This document shows, in pieces, positions 35,614-48,500 of a stretch of 64,000 bases of DNA. The translations under genes were made by a program, and so were the position numbers. The notes under the pieces are model-generated. The model had not been told where the DNA came from, did no database searches, and was given only the letters and a program-made list of their open reading frames with translations. Every line of letters begins with the position of its first letter. The first letter of the stretch is position 1. The stretch comes from Paramoeba atlantica (taxonomy: Eukaryota; Protista; Discosea), in the NCBI GenBank assembly GCA_977017575.1, contig CDRNVI010000139.1:62001-126000 (forward strand), given 5' to 3'.

Positions 35614-38600
35614 ATGGATTATTTTATCCAATTTGGGGAAGGTTCCTCTCGCCTCTCCTTTCGAAACTTCCCACTTCGTGAAACATCAAGGGTTTCTTCA
35701 ACTGAGAGTCTCCAGACAACAAAGGGACGAGAAAAAAGATCCTCTTTTGAATCTCCTTCCTACTACACACCGCCTCCTCCCTCCTCCCCCCTTTTTCAGT
35801 CCTCTCCTCATTCCTCTCCTCATTCCTCTCCTCTGGATAATCAAAAAGGAAATGAGGAAGAACAAAGAACTGTCGGAATTTTAGTGGACATTCTGAAAGA
35901 CTTGACTTTTCAGAATTTGAAGCAATACCCAGAAACCAAGGAGGCTTCAGTATCTATCTTGCTTCGTGCGATTGACTCTCTTCAAGGACTCAAAAATTCT
36001 GCTCAGCTTGCAGCAGAAGAGCGAGAAAAGAGAGGGAAGAAAATGAGGGAGAAGGAAGAAATCAAAGGAGAAGAACAAGAAGAAAATAGGAGGGTTGAAA
36101 GTGATAAAGAAGAACGGAAGAATGAAATTGAGGCTGAGGAGACCAAACTTGAAAAGGAAGAGAAAAAAGAAAGGAGAAAGAAATTGCCGAAAATGGAATC
36201 TGTTTTGTGTTTGAACCATTTCTCAGTTGTTCCGATTTGTCGCATGTCACAGGAAAAGAAGAGTCTGTTTTTACAGAACGAGTGGCTCCCATTCTTGTCT
36301 CGTCTGCGCCTTGAATTAATGCAAATTCAAACTCGGTTTGTTTCTTTTTTCTTTTTCTTTGGATTTCTCTTTCTCTTCTCATTATCATCCCAGTTCTCTT
36401 GTCGTTGCAAAGCCACACATCTTGCCTCCCCAAAAACAAATCCTTTCACTGGCTGATGAATGCTTTGACTTAACTGAGAAATGGTATGGTTTTGGGCGAG
36501 GAAATATCTCTGCATTGTATGAATGGTTCATTGCTGCCTCTGAGTGGAGTGGAGAGGGTGGTTATCATTGGAAAAAGATTCGAAGAGCCCGTTCCCCTGA
36601 TTCTTATATTTTGTGTGTTGATGGGGTGATGAGGAGGAAGGCGTATGATGAGGGAAGGAAAGGAGGGGGGAAAGGAGGAGGAGCGAAGGCTTCTAAGAAG
36701 CTTCAACTCTTGACAGGTTTTCTCTTTCGTTTTTTTACTTGTCTGTGATTTGCCTCATTTCCAATCCCCCAGAACTCAAGACATCCGACCGGACGAAACT
36801 TTATGGAACAAGTAAATACATTGGAATAGAGGGACCAAATCATCAAGCCTTTGAATCTCCCATTGACAATACTGTTTTATCAAATGTGATGTCTCCCTTT
36901 GACGCACGACTCCTGATTAGTGGGAAGATTGTAAAGAATTTCCTTCTTTTTTTTATTGCCTACAGACAAAAAAAGTGGATGAGGTGGTTGTATAAAGTAG
37001 AAAGATGGGGCAATTGTCCATATGATGAAGACAAAGGAGCTTCTTCTTCTGTTGTTAAGTCGTCTGAAGTTGTTACTGCTTCTTTTCTTAAGTGGGCTGC
37101 GCTCAATAATGGTTTTTTTTCTTGTTGAAGCTTCTTAAAAACACAATAATTATTTACAAAATTAAATCTTTCAGGAGAAGAGCTCAAAAAAGTAGGAATT
37201 GATGTGGAGAGTTTTTCTTTTACCGCACTTCTTCAACCTGGGACTGTCACGGACAGAATAGAAAAGCTTGATTCTGAGCATCATGAAAAGCTTCATGAGT
37301 TAGTCGAAAAGAAACTCCGTTTGAGTATGTTGCAGACAAAGCGAACCTGTGCAAAAGATCTCCTTGATTTCTTGGAATGGTGTCAAGCACACCCAGGGAA
37401 GGTACATTTTTTACTTCATTTGAATTTCGTAATATATTTCTTAAAATCAACAAAAAAAAAGGTGTACAATAACAATCCAAGGATCCACAAAAAACTTCTC
37501 TTGTTAGGGTTGATGCAAAATCAGTTGGTGATTGTGAAAAGATCAACAATGGAATCAGTTACAGTTCACAGGTAAATTATTAGAGAAAAGTAGCATATCA
37601 CAGAAAAGGTTGTAGGTCTTCTTGGTTTCTCAAATCCTAAAAATAGGTATATTCCCGTAACATGGGTTCGAGCAATCCCGTTAGTCACAATCGAAAATGG
37701 AGAAGAAAAGACTGTTCGTTCTCCTGGGGATGGTGAACACAGGTTTCTTCTTTCTTTTTTGGTTTTCAAAAAGTATTATTTTCCTATTTTAAAACCTTTT
37801 CATAGCCGTTTCCGAAAAAACTCATTCCCCTATGGCGACAGCCATGGGATGGGAATTGCAGGAGGTGGGTTGGTTGAAGGAACAGGAAAGCATGGTAGTC
37901 TTAGATATGAATACGGTACTGCATTCTCCTCCGATCCCTCAGCAAAAGTCTCCAACTGGTTTGAATTCTATCTCAAAAAATAATTGCTTGGTTTTGGGAT
38001 TTAATTTCCGTTTCTCAGGTTTCTATCAGACATTGAGAAAATATGTCGGGAATGTGAAATTCTCAATCCTCCTGCTCATCGAGACCTTATCCTCCCAGGA
38101 GAGGTATTTTTTTTTCATTAAAAATGAACAAAAGGCCATGGTATCTCATGGTTTCTGTGGAGTAGGCTTTCCATGAAGTAGGGCAAAACCCAAAAGCTGC
38201 GTCATCTATTGGCGCGACCCAACACACTCAAATTAGTCGCTCGTCTGTGGAAGACTGGCCTCTTTTGATGGTTCACATTCTGGCTTCTTTTCTTTTATCC
38301 TTATTCCATAAAATGGATTATTTCTTAATACACTTCTTATTATTAGATGAAAAATAATCCTAAATGGATCCCTTCATTAAAATGCGAATTGGACATTATC
38401 CAAGTGGGAAATTCCCCTGATGCATTCTTTATCAAATTCGTCACAAAGCAATTGACTTCTCCAAGTTTTTTAAAGTCGATCTACCATTTGAGATTACATT
38501 TAATGAGGAAGTTGGATTCTCTTGGATCAGAAGAAGCTAAAGGGCGGGGGGTGGATTTCGTTCTCCATGCTCAACCTATTGCTCAGTCTGATGGTGTGAC

Positions 38601-39608
38601 ACTTTTTTTCTTTCAGGTTTTTTTTTATTTATTTGCCATTTCGTCAACGAGCCCTAGTGAGGAACTAACATTCAGATGCAAAGCCAATTTCGCCACTCCA
38701 AAAAGTCAACAAAGGTGGGAGATTGATTGAACAAAATCTTGACACTGGAGAAACCTTTGTTGAGGCGGACAGCCCAATCCCAAATATTGGGTCATTTGCC
38801 TCACATGGAAATTTATTGATCAGTGAGGGGTATCAAAGAGTTATCAATGAGAATGGCAGGGAGATGATGGCCAGTCTTTTTGATTTTGTGAGGAAGCCTG
38901 GGGCAAGGGCTGTTGCTGAGGAGTTTTTATTGAGGAGGTGAATTTTATTTTTTTTTTGCTTTTTTTAAATTTTTCTTTTAAATTTCCTTTATTTCGTTTT
39001 GTAGATATGGTTATTCATGGCCATCTGGACGTCTGGATTCCGCCAACACCTATCGGCTCTCAGCAAAGAAGGAATCGATATTTGGAGCTTCCCTTGAAAC
39101 AGCTGCTCCTATCTCGACTGCATCTGATTCTCCATTGAATCCCTTTTCACCACCAAAATCTCCAGCGAGGAAGTCATCGCCACATCCTTCCTTTCAATTA
39201 CCTCCCCCAAAGAAGGGGGAAGGGGAAGAAACAAAACAGACACAGAAGAAGGTGCAATTAATATTCCCATCTTCTTCTTCGCAATTAAAAAAAGAGGCGA
39301 AATCCATTTCCCCAGAAACAAAGAAAATGTCAGATCTTTTGAGTCCTTCAAAGAATGCAGCAAGGAGAAATTATCCAGGGTATTGCAGTCCTTATACTAG
39401 TCCTGGGTTTGGTTATCGAACTGGGACTTTTCAATCACCTCTTCCTCAGGTTTTTTTTTTTCTCTCTCTTTTCTCTCTTGACTCAATCTTCCCGGAAAGA
39501 TGGTCTCTAATGTTGTTGTGTTTTTTAAAGGCAAGAGAGGAAATTGAAAAGAAGAAGGACAAAACAAAACAAAAAGCTTCAATACGGACATATCTTGGTT
39601 TTCAATAA
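35614..39608 (+). CDS. Large multi-exon hypothetical protein; no domain recognised
   Basis: About 12 exons with coding-like composition joined by T-rich GT-AG introns, from MDYFIQFGEG to ..KQKASIRTYLGFQ*. Confidence 0.7.
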
Positions 39609-39690
39609 TATTTTTCTCTCCCAAAGACAAAAAAACATTCTTGACAAAAATAAAAGAAGCAAAAACTGGGAGGTTGAACAAAATGAGGAA

Positions 39691-39815
39691 TACAAACAAA
39701 GGAACAAAATTGAGCAACAATACAATACAAACAAAGGAACAAAATTGAGCAACAATACAATACAAAGATAGGGATAACAAATTGAGCAACAATACAATAC
39801 AAACATAGGGATAAG
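39691..39815. repeat. Intergenic minisatellite, 35-37 bp unit, about 3.5 copies
   Basis: TACAAACAAAGGAACAAAATTGAGCAACAATACAA at 39691 and 39726; a 37-bp variant at 39761; a partial copy at 39798. No spacers. Confidence 0.9.
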
Positions 39816-40032
39816 AAATGTGATAGATAAATACAACAGGGTTGAAATAATTGGACCAATTTTGGGTGGTTTTTTTTTTTTTTCGGTTTTTCGTTTTGTT
39901 GGTTGTGTGTTTTTTTCTCTTTTTTTTTTCTTTTTCTCTTTTGGGTTTTTTTGTGTTTCTCTTTGGCTTCTCTTCTTTCTTTCTTTTTTCTTTTTTCCCT
40001 TTCTTTCTTTTCTTCATGAGGCCCAAAAAAAA

Positions 40033-41130
40033 ATGAGAAAACCGTTTTTGGGGGCATTTTTTCTTTTGTGTTTTTGGGTTCTTTGTTGGGAGAAGAAGAA
40101 CTTTGTAGTGGCAGAAGAGAAACCTCTTGTTGCTGTTTGTTTGATTGGTCAGTTGAGATCTTTTGAACTCACTGGTTTCCTTTCCTCCCTTTCTTCTCCT
40201 TTCCTCTCTCTTTCGACCTCTTTTTGTTCTTTTCTTTCCTTTTCTTTCTATCTTTCTTTTTTTTCTTTTTCTTTCTTTTTCTTTCTTTTTCTTCATTCAT
40301 TAAACCCTCTCCTAGTGAGCGGCCTTGTTCATTACCTTTTGAATTACACCTCCAGAAATTCTAAACAAGTTGATCTCTTTATCTCTTCTTTTCTAAGCGA
40401 AGATTCGTTCAAGGTCTTACACAAAAATTGAAACATTAAAAATAAGAATCAAAAGAAAATATGAAAGGAGAAAAAGAACAGAAAGAACAAAAGAGAGAGA
40501 GAGAAATTGACATTTTTCTTTTCTTTCCTCAAGATCTTTCTCTTGGAACAACAACTTCGGCTCTTGAAAAACCAAAAGAGTGAAAAATTCAACTCCACAC
40601 ATCTGAGAGTTGTTTCGATTCGATCTCCTGTCCAATACCCCTCTTCTTCTTCCTCTTGTTCTCTTTTTTCAATTTTCTTTTTTCCAATTTCTTTTTCTCT
40701 TTTCTTTTTCTCTTTTCTTTTTCTCTTTTCGAAAAAGAGAAAAAATAACATCAAAAAAAAAATATGAACAGTTCCAGAATCTCAAATGCCAAAATCGACA
40801 AAAGGAATTCAAGGAATGTATGCTCTCTTTAATCTCACAACCGCTTGTTCATCAGTTAAGAGTTTTTCTTTCTCTTCTTTCTTTTCATTACTTCTTTTCA
40901 TATTTGTTGATGAAGAGATTTTTTTAGTTAATTCTTGAGAATGAGAGGAAAGAAAGCATCAAATATGATACAAGTACAAAACAATTTCATTCCTTTCTTT
41001 TTTTTCAATCATTTTGATCATAAGTTTCGTTCTAATTGAAAATACAAAAAAAAAATTGGAAAGTTTTAAAAGCAAGACTTGATAGTCTCTGGTATGCTTA
41101 CCCAAAAGGCCTCCCTCTTCTATACCATGG

Positions 41131-41167
<37 letters not shown>

Positions 41168-42466
41168 CTTCTACTTCTTTTTCGTTGTGGAACTAAAGTG
41201 AGTTTCAGGAAATTCAAATGACTGTTTGTATTGTCCAAAGGAGTATGATTTTTTTGGCTATAATGATCGATTCTTAGTGGGGCCGTTTAGTCTTTTCCTT
41301 CTTTTTTCTTCTTCTTTTCCTTCTTTTTTGTTCTTCTGTTCCTTCTTTTCTCTCTTCTTTTCCATTTTATCAAATTTTACTTCAAATAGGAGAGATCAAA
41401 TGATTTTAGCAAACAAGCGATTTGAAAGTCTTGTAATTGCAAACTTAACCAAAAGACCTGGAAATAGTGAAAATTCCCTCAAACAAGAACTGGCAGCTCG
41501 GAATATTTGTATGAAAACAATCACTGTTATTTCGTTCTCTTCTTTCTTTTTCTTTTCTCTCTCTTTTAATTTTATTGGTTGGCAGTGTCGATCAAAACCT
41601 ATCTTAGAGTGCCCAGTTCCATTTTGCCTCTTTCGTTTATCCATCTCGGTCTCATTTTCTCAAAATTAAGAATTTTCTCTTCCCCAAATCCTAATAATTT
41701 TTATGTCAATAGCCAACCATGTCAATGACCCATATAAATATCTTTGATGTTTTCTTTTTTCAATTTTTGTGTCATGCAAACCATTTCTAATTCTGAATTC
41801 TCTAGGGTGGTGGGTGCCGACCATGCCGGCGAGATTGCCATCACACAAAGGTTGACTCAGAATGGAAGAGCGTTTTTGTGAACTTTCGTGGTGGTCAGGA
41901 AGCAATTGTCCCTTATGATCAGTTACAACACTTCATTCAGACAGTGAAGAGCATCACTGAGTGCCACAAACTGTTGCATGATTCTCTCAAGTGACTCATT
42001 TATTTTTCTTTCGCTCTTGTTGATTATTGACTGAGTTGATTTTTTTCAAGGGGCATTGTTTGGCAATCTGAAGCTTCTTTTCATGATCTCTGTCTTCTCA
42101 GTTCTTTTTCTTTTCCAACAATGGCCAATATTACAAAGGTCGGAAATTTTACACAAGTTGGAAACAAGACCTACGAAAGCCCCATTTTTCGAATGTTGTC
42201 CAGTCCTTTAACCAGGTTATTTCTCTTTCACACCCTCCCCAAAAAGAGACACTGACACACCGCTACTCCAAAGGGGATTGAGAGCTTGGGATTTGGAAGA
42301 TCGATGTAAACTCTATCCAATCACCTGCCAACCAGAACAAAAAAAAGGCGATGAAAAACCCAACAATGAATCGAAGAGGAGATTACTTACAAAGGTTCCT
42401 CCCCCCAAAAAACCTCCCAAAAAACCTCCCAAAAAACCTCCCAAAATCAAGATCAAGGCTGGGTGA
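40033..42466 (+). CDS. DUF7796-like type II membrane protein, copy 3 (diverged)
   Basis: MRKPFLGAFFLLCFWVLC, VAVCLIGQLRSFELT, LFISSFLSEDSFK, GYNDRFLVG, NSENSLKQEL, PFCLFR, GGGCRPCRRDC; ends in a PKKP-repeat tail ..KIKIKAG*. Confidence 0.72.
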
Positions 42467-42550
42467 AATAAACTCTATTTATGCACAATTCTTCCGCTCT
42501 ATGATTTTCTTCAGAATGTAGTCTTTCATTCAAGTCACATAAAATTGGAG

Positions 42551-45500
42551 CTAAGGTTCATAACGAAGGCGCCCGGCTCTTCTTCTTCTTTTTCCCCCAA
42601 ATTGTGTGGGACATATTTTGTCAGAATGTCGATCATACCAACCTTCCACTAACCCCAGATCAACTGAGATAGGTAATAAATTTTTGGTAGATTGGAGATC
42701 AACCTACAAATGCAATTGTCAGTTCAAAATGAAAAATGAGGAATAGAAAGAGAGAGAGAAAAAGAACCACAGCAGATTCTTGAGGGAGGGGAGGTTCAGA
42801 AGTTGGGATGGTAATAAATGGGAATCGATCTTTTAAGATTTGCAGTCTTGAAATGGGAAATTGGAGTCTCTGAGCCCAACATGACTTCAAAGTTGTTTCG
42901 AAGAGTTGTTGTCTGTTTGAAGGATTAAAGAAAAGAAAGAAGAGAGGATAGTTGGGGTGGAAAAGAATACCTTTTTGCTAAACCACTTCGGCGACGATCT
43001 CCAGTTAAATATTTTGTCAAAATGTTTAAAATTAGTGCGAGGATTGTCTCGTCTTCTTGTAAAGATGGCTAATTTGAAAGAATTTTTAGAATAAAAACAA
43101 AGAAAATGAATTGGAATTGAAGAGAACCTGAGAAGAAACAACAATGTAAAGCCGCAAGAAAATAATCACAAGATTGTTCATCTGCTCTTCATCAACAATT
43201 GCACAAACATTTGTCAACAATGGTCCCAACAACCTCAACCGAAACAAGAGACCAATCTTCAAAAAGAGAGAGAAAGAGAGAGGGCGAGGAGAGAGTTTCG
43301 GGTTTAAAAGAGAACGGAAGGTTCTTTCTTCGAGAGGTTCCAAAAATTTAGTGAAATGATCGAGAATCAAAGGGACTAATTCTTTGTCTCCGCGAAAGAG
43401 AGAGGAGGAAGAGAGAATGAAAGGAGAGAGGAAAGAAAGAAAAGCATTTTGGGTTTGGTGTTCGAGAGATTGAATGTCTGGACCGGAGAAAGAGAGAGAG
43501 GGTTTTTCTTTTGAGAGGAGAGAGTGGCAAAAGCAGAGAGGAAGGGGGCAAGTTGTCCCATCTTGGAAATGGGAGAGAACAAGAAAGAGAGGAGTTGTTA
43601 AAGGGAGATGAGATGGGAGAGGAAGAGGAAGAGAGAGAGAAAAGGGCTGAAACATATCATCATAGATTTCTTTCTCTGTGACTTTGAGAGGAGGAAGAGA
43701 AAAATCAAATGTTTGGGAAGACAGAAAACTTTTTAACCAATGAAGAATCCCTTTTCCAAGAATCTCTCTCTCTCTTTCTCCTCCCTCTTCCTCACTTTTG
43801 ATACTCTTGAGAAAGAGAGAACCTCTCTGTGAGAAAGTAGTGCGAAAGTTCTCTTCCCCAGAAGACGAAGAAGAGAGAGAAGAAACGAGATAGTGCCCAA
43901 AGAGATGAATCAAAGATTTTGGAGAAAAATCATTGGAGAGAGAAGAGGGAGAACCCTTCTCTTTCTCTTCTTTCTCTCTCTTCTCATTTTCATGGAGAAA
44001 AAAAGAGACAAGGAAGACAGAAACGGGATGGCTTCTTTCTCTTTTCAGAGAAAGGGAGAGAAACCGACCAAGGTGAGAGGAAAAACCACCAGAAAATGAA
44101 CAAAGGCATTGAGAAGACAGAGATTGTTCAGAAAGAGAGCAAATGATATGCATGATTGCGAGAGATCTCTCTTTTGTGAAGAAAGAGAGAGGAAGAGACG
44201 AAAGATAGGGGAAAACGCACTGCTCTGCAATGTGAGAAAGAGCAGAGAAGATCGATTTTTGATGTTGTGAAATTCCTGGACAAACATGTGAGGAAAGAGA
44301 AGAAGGAGAGAGAGTTGGGAGACAAAGGGGGTGATAGAGAGAACAGAGAGCACGAAGAACTACCACTCCTAATTGAAGATGGGGAGGAGATTGGAAAGAA
44401 GGGAGGGAAGGGAGAGAGAGTGAGAGTGGGGGAAATGAAGAGAGAGGAGGAGGTTCAAGAAAGAAATGAGAGAGGATTGTTGAAATAACTTGAGATTGGG
44501 AGGGAGAAGAGAGAGATTGGCTATATTCAAGAAGAGGGAGGATGAAAAGAGAAAAGACATCCCAATAATCGAGAATGCTTTCTTTTATCAGAAGGAAGGA
44601 GAGGAATGAAACAATTTCAAAAACTTGGCTATGAAATGGAGAGAGAGAAGGAGAAGAGAGTAGTTCTTTCAAAAGAGGGAGAATGTCATCTCGGAGAGAG
44701 GAAAGGAGAACTTGCGGGAGATGAAGAGCAAGAGAAGAGATGTGAATTCTCCTCAACTGTTCACAGAAAATATTGGCTTGGTAAAGAAACTTTTCAGAAT
44801 AGAGAGAAACGGGTGATTGTTCTTCACACAAGATAGAGGAAGGAGGAACAGAAAGAGATGAACCATCTTCAGTTTTAAACCTTTTGGTACCTCGACTTCT
44901 TTGTTCAGGTGGATGTGAAGAAGCTTTTCTCTTTCTCTGTTCTCCATATTCGAAGATACAATCCGCAGTTCCCTTCAGCCAACACACCAAACCCAATGAA
45001 GAAGAAAGAAAATCTTGCGAATCTGAGGGTTGTTGTTTTTGTTGTTTTTGTTGTTGAAAAATTAATTCCTCCACTCTCCTCTCTCGAACCAAAGACAAGA
45101 AATTCGATTCCAAAAAATTTGCAATGAAGGGAGAAGAAATGTTTTCATCTTCATATTGCTCCCAAAGAGAAGAGGCGAGCACAGAAGGAAGTGAAGCGAG
45201 AGAAGGAGAGGTGAGAGGTTGGGGGGTGAGAAGAGAGAGATAAATGTGAGGATAAGAGTGCAAGAAACGGAGAGAAAGAAGACCAGGAAGAGATTGAACA
45301 AGCCATGTTCCGAGATCGGAGAAGTTTGTTGGAATAAAATGAGACAGAGCCTGGGAGGAAGAAGAAGAAGGAAGAGAACATAAATGCTGGTGCTTAATGA
45401 TCAAAAGCCGAACAATATTTCCAATCTGATCTTGTGACGCCACCACTCTTTGATGCTCACTCAATGTTTTCACACAGAAGAACATCACATCATTGGTAGA

Positions 45501-48500
45501 AGTTTTCTTTTCTTGAGTAGAAGAAGGAGAAGAAATAAACAGAGAACTTTCTCCTCGTTCTACAGGGAGAGATTCTAAGAGCAATTGAATCATTTCAATT
45601 AAGAGATGTGGGTTATCAGACTCATCAAATATTTTCACTAATTTTCGAAGAAGAGAGAGAGAAGGAGAAGAGGGGTTTTGTTCCGAAGAAAAAGCATGAC
45701 AGAGTTGACACCTTTCACCCTCTTCACAAGAAAAAGAAGTAACAAACAAATCTCTCTCAGAAAAAAGAGAAGGGACAAATGAAGAAGAACAAGGAGAGCT
45801 CACTCCTTCAAACGGACAAGGAGAGTCTTTTCCTTCCTCTCTCTCTCTTTCAGCTAGAAAATGGTGATACCAATCATTCACCCATTTGATCACATGAGAG
45901 GAAAGCCAGGAGGAGAATTGGTGTGAATAGTGGTGTGTTAATTTCGAAAGAATTTGAAAAAGGCGGGGAGAAATTTCTGTTTCTGTGATTTCCTAAAAAT
46001 AAAAGAGAAATCAATGAAAGGACATTGTTGAAGCAAATCAAAGAATAATAATATGAACCTTGAGCAAATTTGCGTGATGCGAAGGAACTTCACTGACCAC
46101 AGAACTCGCAAAGAGAAAAGCTGGAACAATTCTCTTCGCTTCAAACAACAAACTTCTCTGCAAATCTAACAAATACTTTGTGAAGACATTGGAACTTAAA
46201 ATCCAACTTCGTTGTGTTGTTAGTGTCTTGGTAATTGGATCTGGGGAGAGAGAACGAGATATTATAAAGGTTAATAAGTTGTGAAGGTGGAGGCGACGTC
46301 GGCAAGAGAAACACTTATAACAAGAGAAACGTTGCTTGGGAGAGAGTGGAGAAGAAGATTGTTCTGTTGTTTCGAACCGAGGTTCTTTTTGGCTTTCTTG
46401 GCGTTGGGCATATTGATAAAACTGAAGTGAATCAGTACACCACCATTCAGCTTCAACTTCTTCGAATGAGAGTGAGGATGTGACAATTCCTTTTGCAATG
46501 AGGCTCCGGAGGTACGTGTCATACGAGAAGAGCCCACCTTTAATCAGCTCTCGAAATAAAATTGATGTCTTTCTTTGAACCGAAGAAGGGGGAGAAAGGA
46601 GGAGTTTATCATCTTGGGGAGTCTCAGATAAGAAATCAGATTGTTCTTCGCGCATTAAAGAAAAGAATGTGTTTTCTAAAAAGAAATTCAATTCGCTCTG
46701 AATTGCCTTTGAAAAAGGAGACACAGTATTCGGGGCAGGAGAAGAAGAAAAAGGAGGAGAAGAAGGAGAAGAGGCATTTGGAGTTCCAGACAGAGACCCT
46801 CGAAGTGGGTGCGGAGAGGGACTCATCGAAGGATATGTTGGAGTATGGTAAAAAGAGGAAGGATGGGGAGAAGAAGAAGGAGGAGGAGACCAACCAGGAA
46901 GTCCACTTGAGCCTCCTCCCATCCCCCCTCCAGGAGTCGAAGTGCCAGGTCTCTCGCGAGTTGCTAAGTAGATTTTGGACTCTTTGCTCATGTAGTCGAG
47001 ATATTGTGCGAACCTGTGAAGGAGCGTGTTGCCAAGATAGGGACCAATATCAGAAGAAAGGGGACCAGATTTCTTTAAAGGTTTGAGTTGGTTGGGGAAA
47101 GTGACAGCCCATTCGGAGACCAAGTTAACAAAAACCCGTGTAACTTGTGCAAGAGAAAAAGGGCCTGAAGAGAGAAAAAGAGGATCTGACTCTCGAGGGA
47201 TATAACTTCTTACAAACTGCAGGAGATTCAAGAAGAGAGATTCCAACTCAGAGACTCCATTTGGTTCTCCTTCTTCCTCTTTCTCTTCTCCTCTTTTTTC
47301 TGTGTCAAAGACGTTCCGAGAGTGAGGACTCGCAGCAAAAGAATCGAGTTCAGAAAAAAATGCCATTCGAAGTGTTGCAACTGAATATTCCGCAAAAGGG
47401 TGTTGCAAAAATTGGATCTTCATTCTGCAAAAATTATTTTTGATGAGAAAAAGATGAAAAACAAGCAGAACATTCAAGTGGAAAGAACGAACCTCGTTTC
47501 ATGTTCTATTGCAAGTTGGCCTCTCAAGACTTGCTCAGCAGAAAGGGCAGCAGGTGTAATTCTTACATTCATCTCCTTTTCTTCATCTCTTTTTTCTTTT
47601 CGTTTTTTCGCTTCTCTGTCCTTGGGTGCTTCTTGTCGATTTATCACTTTTGAAAGAGTTGAATCCTTCATTGTGAACAGAGCAAAAGAAAGGGGGAGTT
47701 GAGTCACGGTCCCAGTGAGCGTACAACGAGACGAAGACGGGATCAAAGAATGTGAGAGAATTGAACGGAGTGGACGAGAAGGGAATACTGTCACCAGATA
47801 GTGCGGATCCATAGAAAAGAGGAAACGAATCATTTCGCAGAGAAGGGTCCAGCACTGTTGATGTGTCGCTTGCATCAAATACTAAAATTCAAACATATCA
47901 GAAGAAGAAAAAATAGGAAAGAAAACATTCACAAAAAGTTCAAACCATTTGTCTCAGCTTTTCATCATTATCCTTCTCTCCAAAAGACTCCCCAACCGGA
48001 GTATTTGAATACCCCGAAGGTGATGTTAACATTCCTCTTCCACCCAAAGAAGAAAGAAATTGAGTTGGATGAGGAGATGGTGTTCCTCCCCATGTTCCCC
48101 CACCACCAGGAGTCAATCCCCCACCAGAAGATTTCGGAGTATAACCTCCTTGCGCAGAGCCAGAAGAGAAAGAAAGAGGAGAAGCTGATTGTGGAGTTCG
48201 CGGGTTGGGGGAAGGTTGGAGAGAAGGTGGGAGAAGAGATGAAGAAGACGAAGAAGGAGGATAATCATCTGATTCTGATGAGGATAAGTCCATTTGAGAA
48301 GTGTCATCAATTAGGCTTTCATCTCCTTCTTCAACTTGCCCAGACCAAGAAGGGCAAAAAGATGGATTTACTGAGAGGAGGAAAAGCAAATGTTTTCGAC
48401 AAATCATGACCAACTAAAAGAGAAGAATCGAATTTTTAATAACAAAGACAGACGAGAATAAAATCAAAAATAAACTATCCAACCTTTCGAAGGAGAACTG

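Noticed and set aside
36931-36965. Intron-like 35-mer suggesting a frameshift in the orphan gene
   Set aside because: The frame reads through without splicing, so no frameshift needs to be invoked; unresolved without RNA data.
39691-39815. 35-37 bp repeats as a CRISPR array
   Set aside because: The units are contiguous with no unique spacers, the context is eukaryotic, and there are no cas genes.
39397-40296. 299-aa minus-strand Lys-rich ORF and overlapping ORFs
   Set aside because: Produced by poly-T/A tracts and the minisatellite, and antisense to the start of DUF7796-like copy 3.
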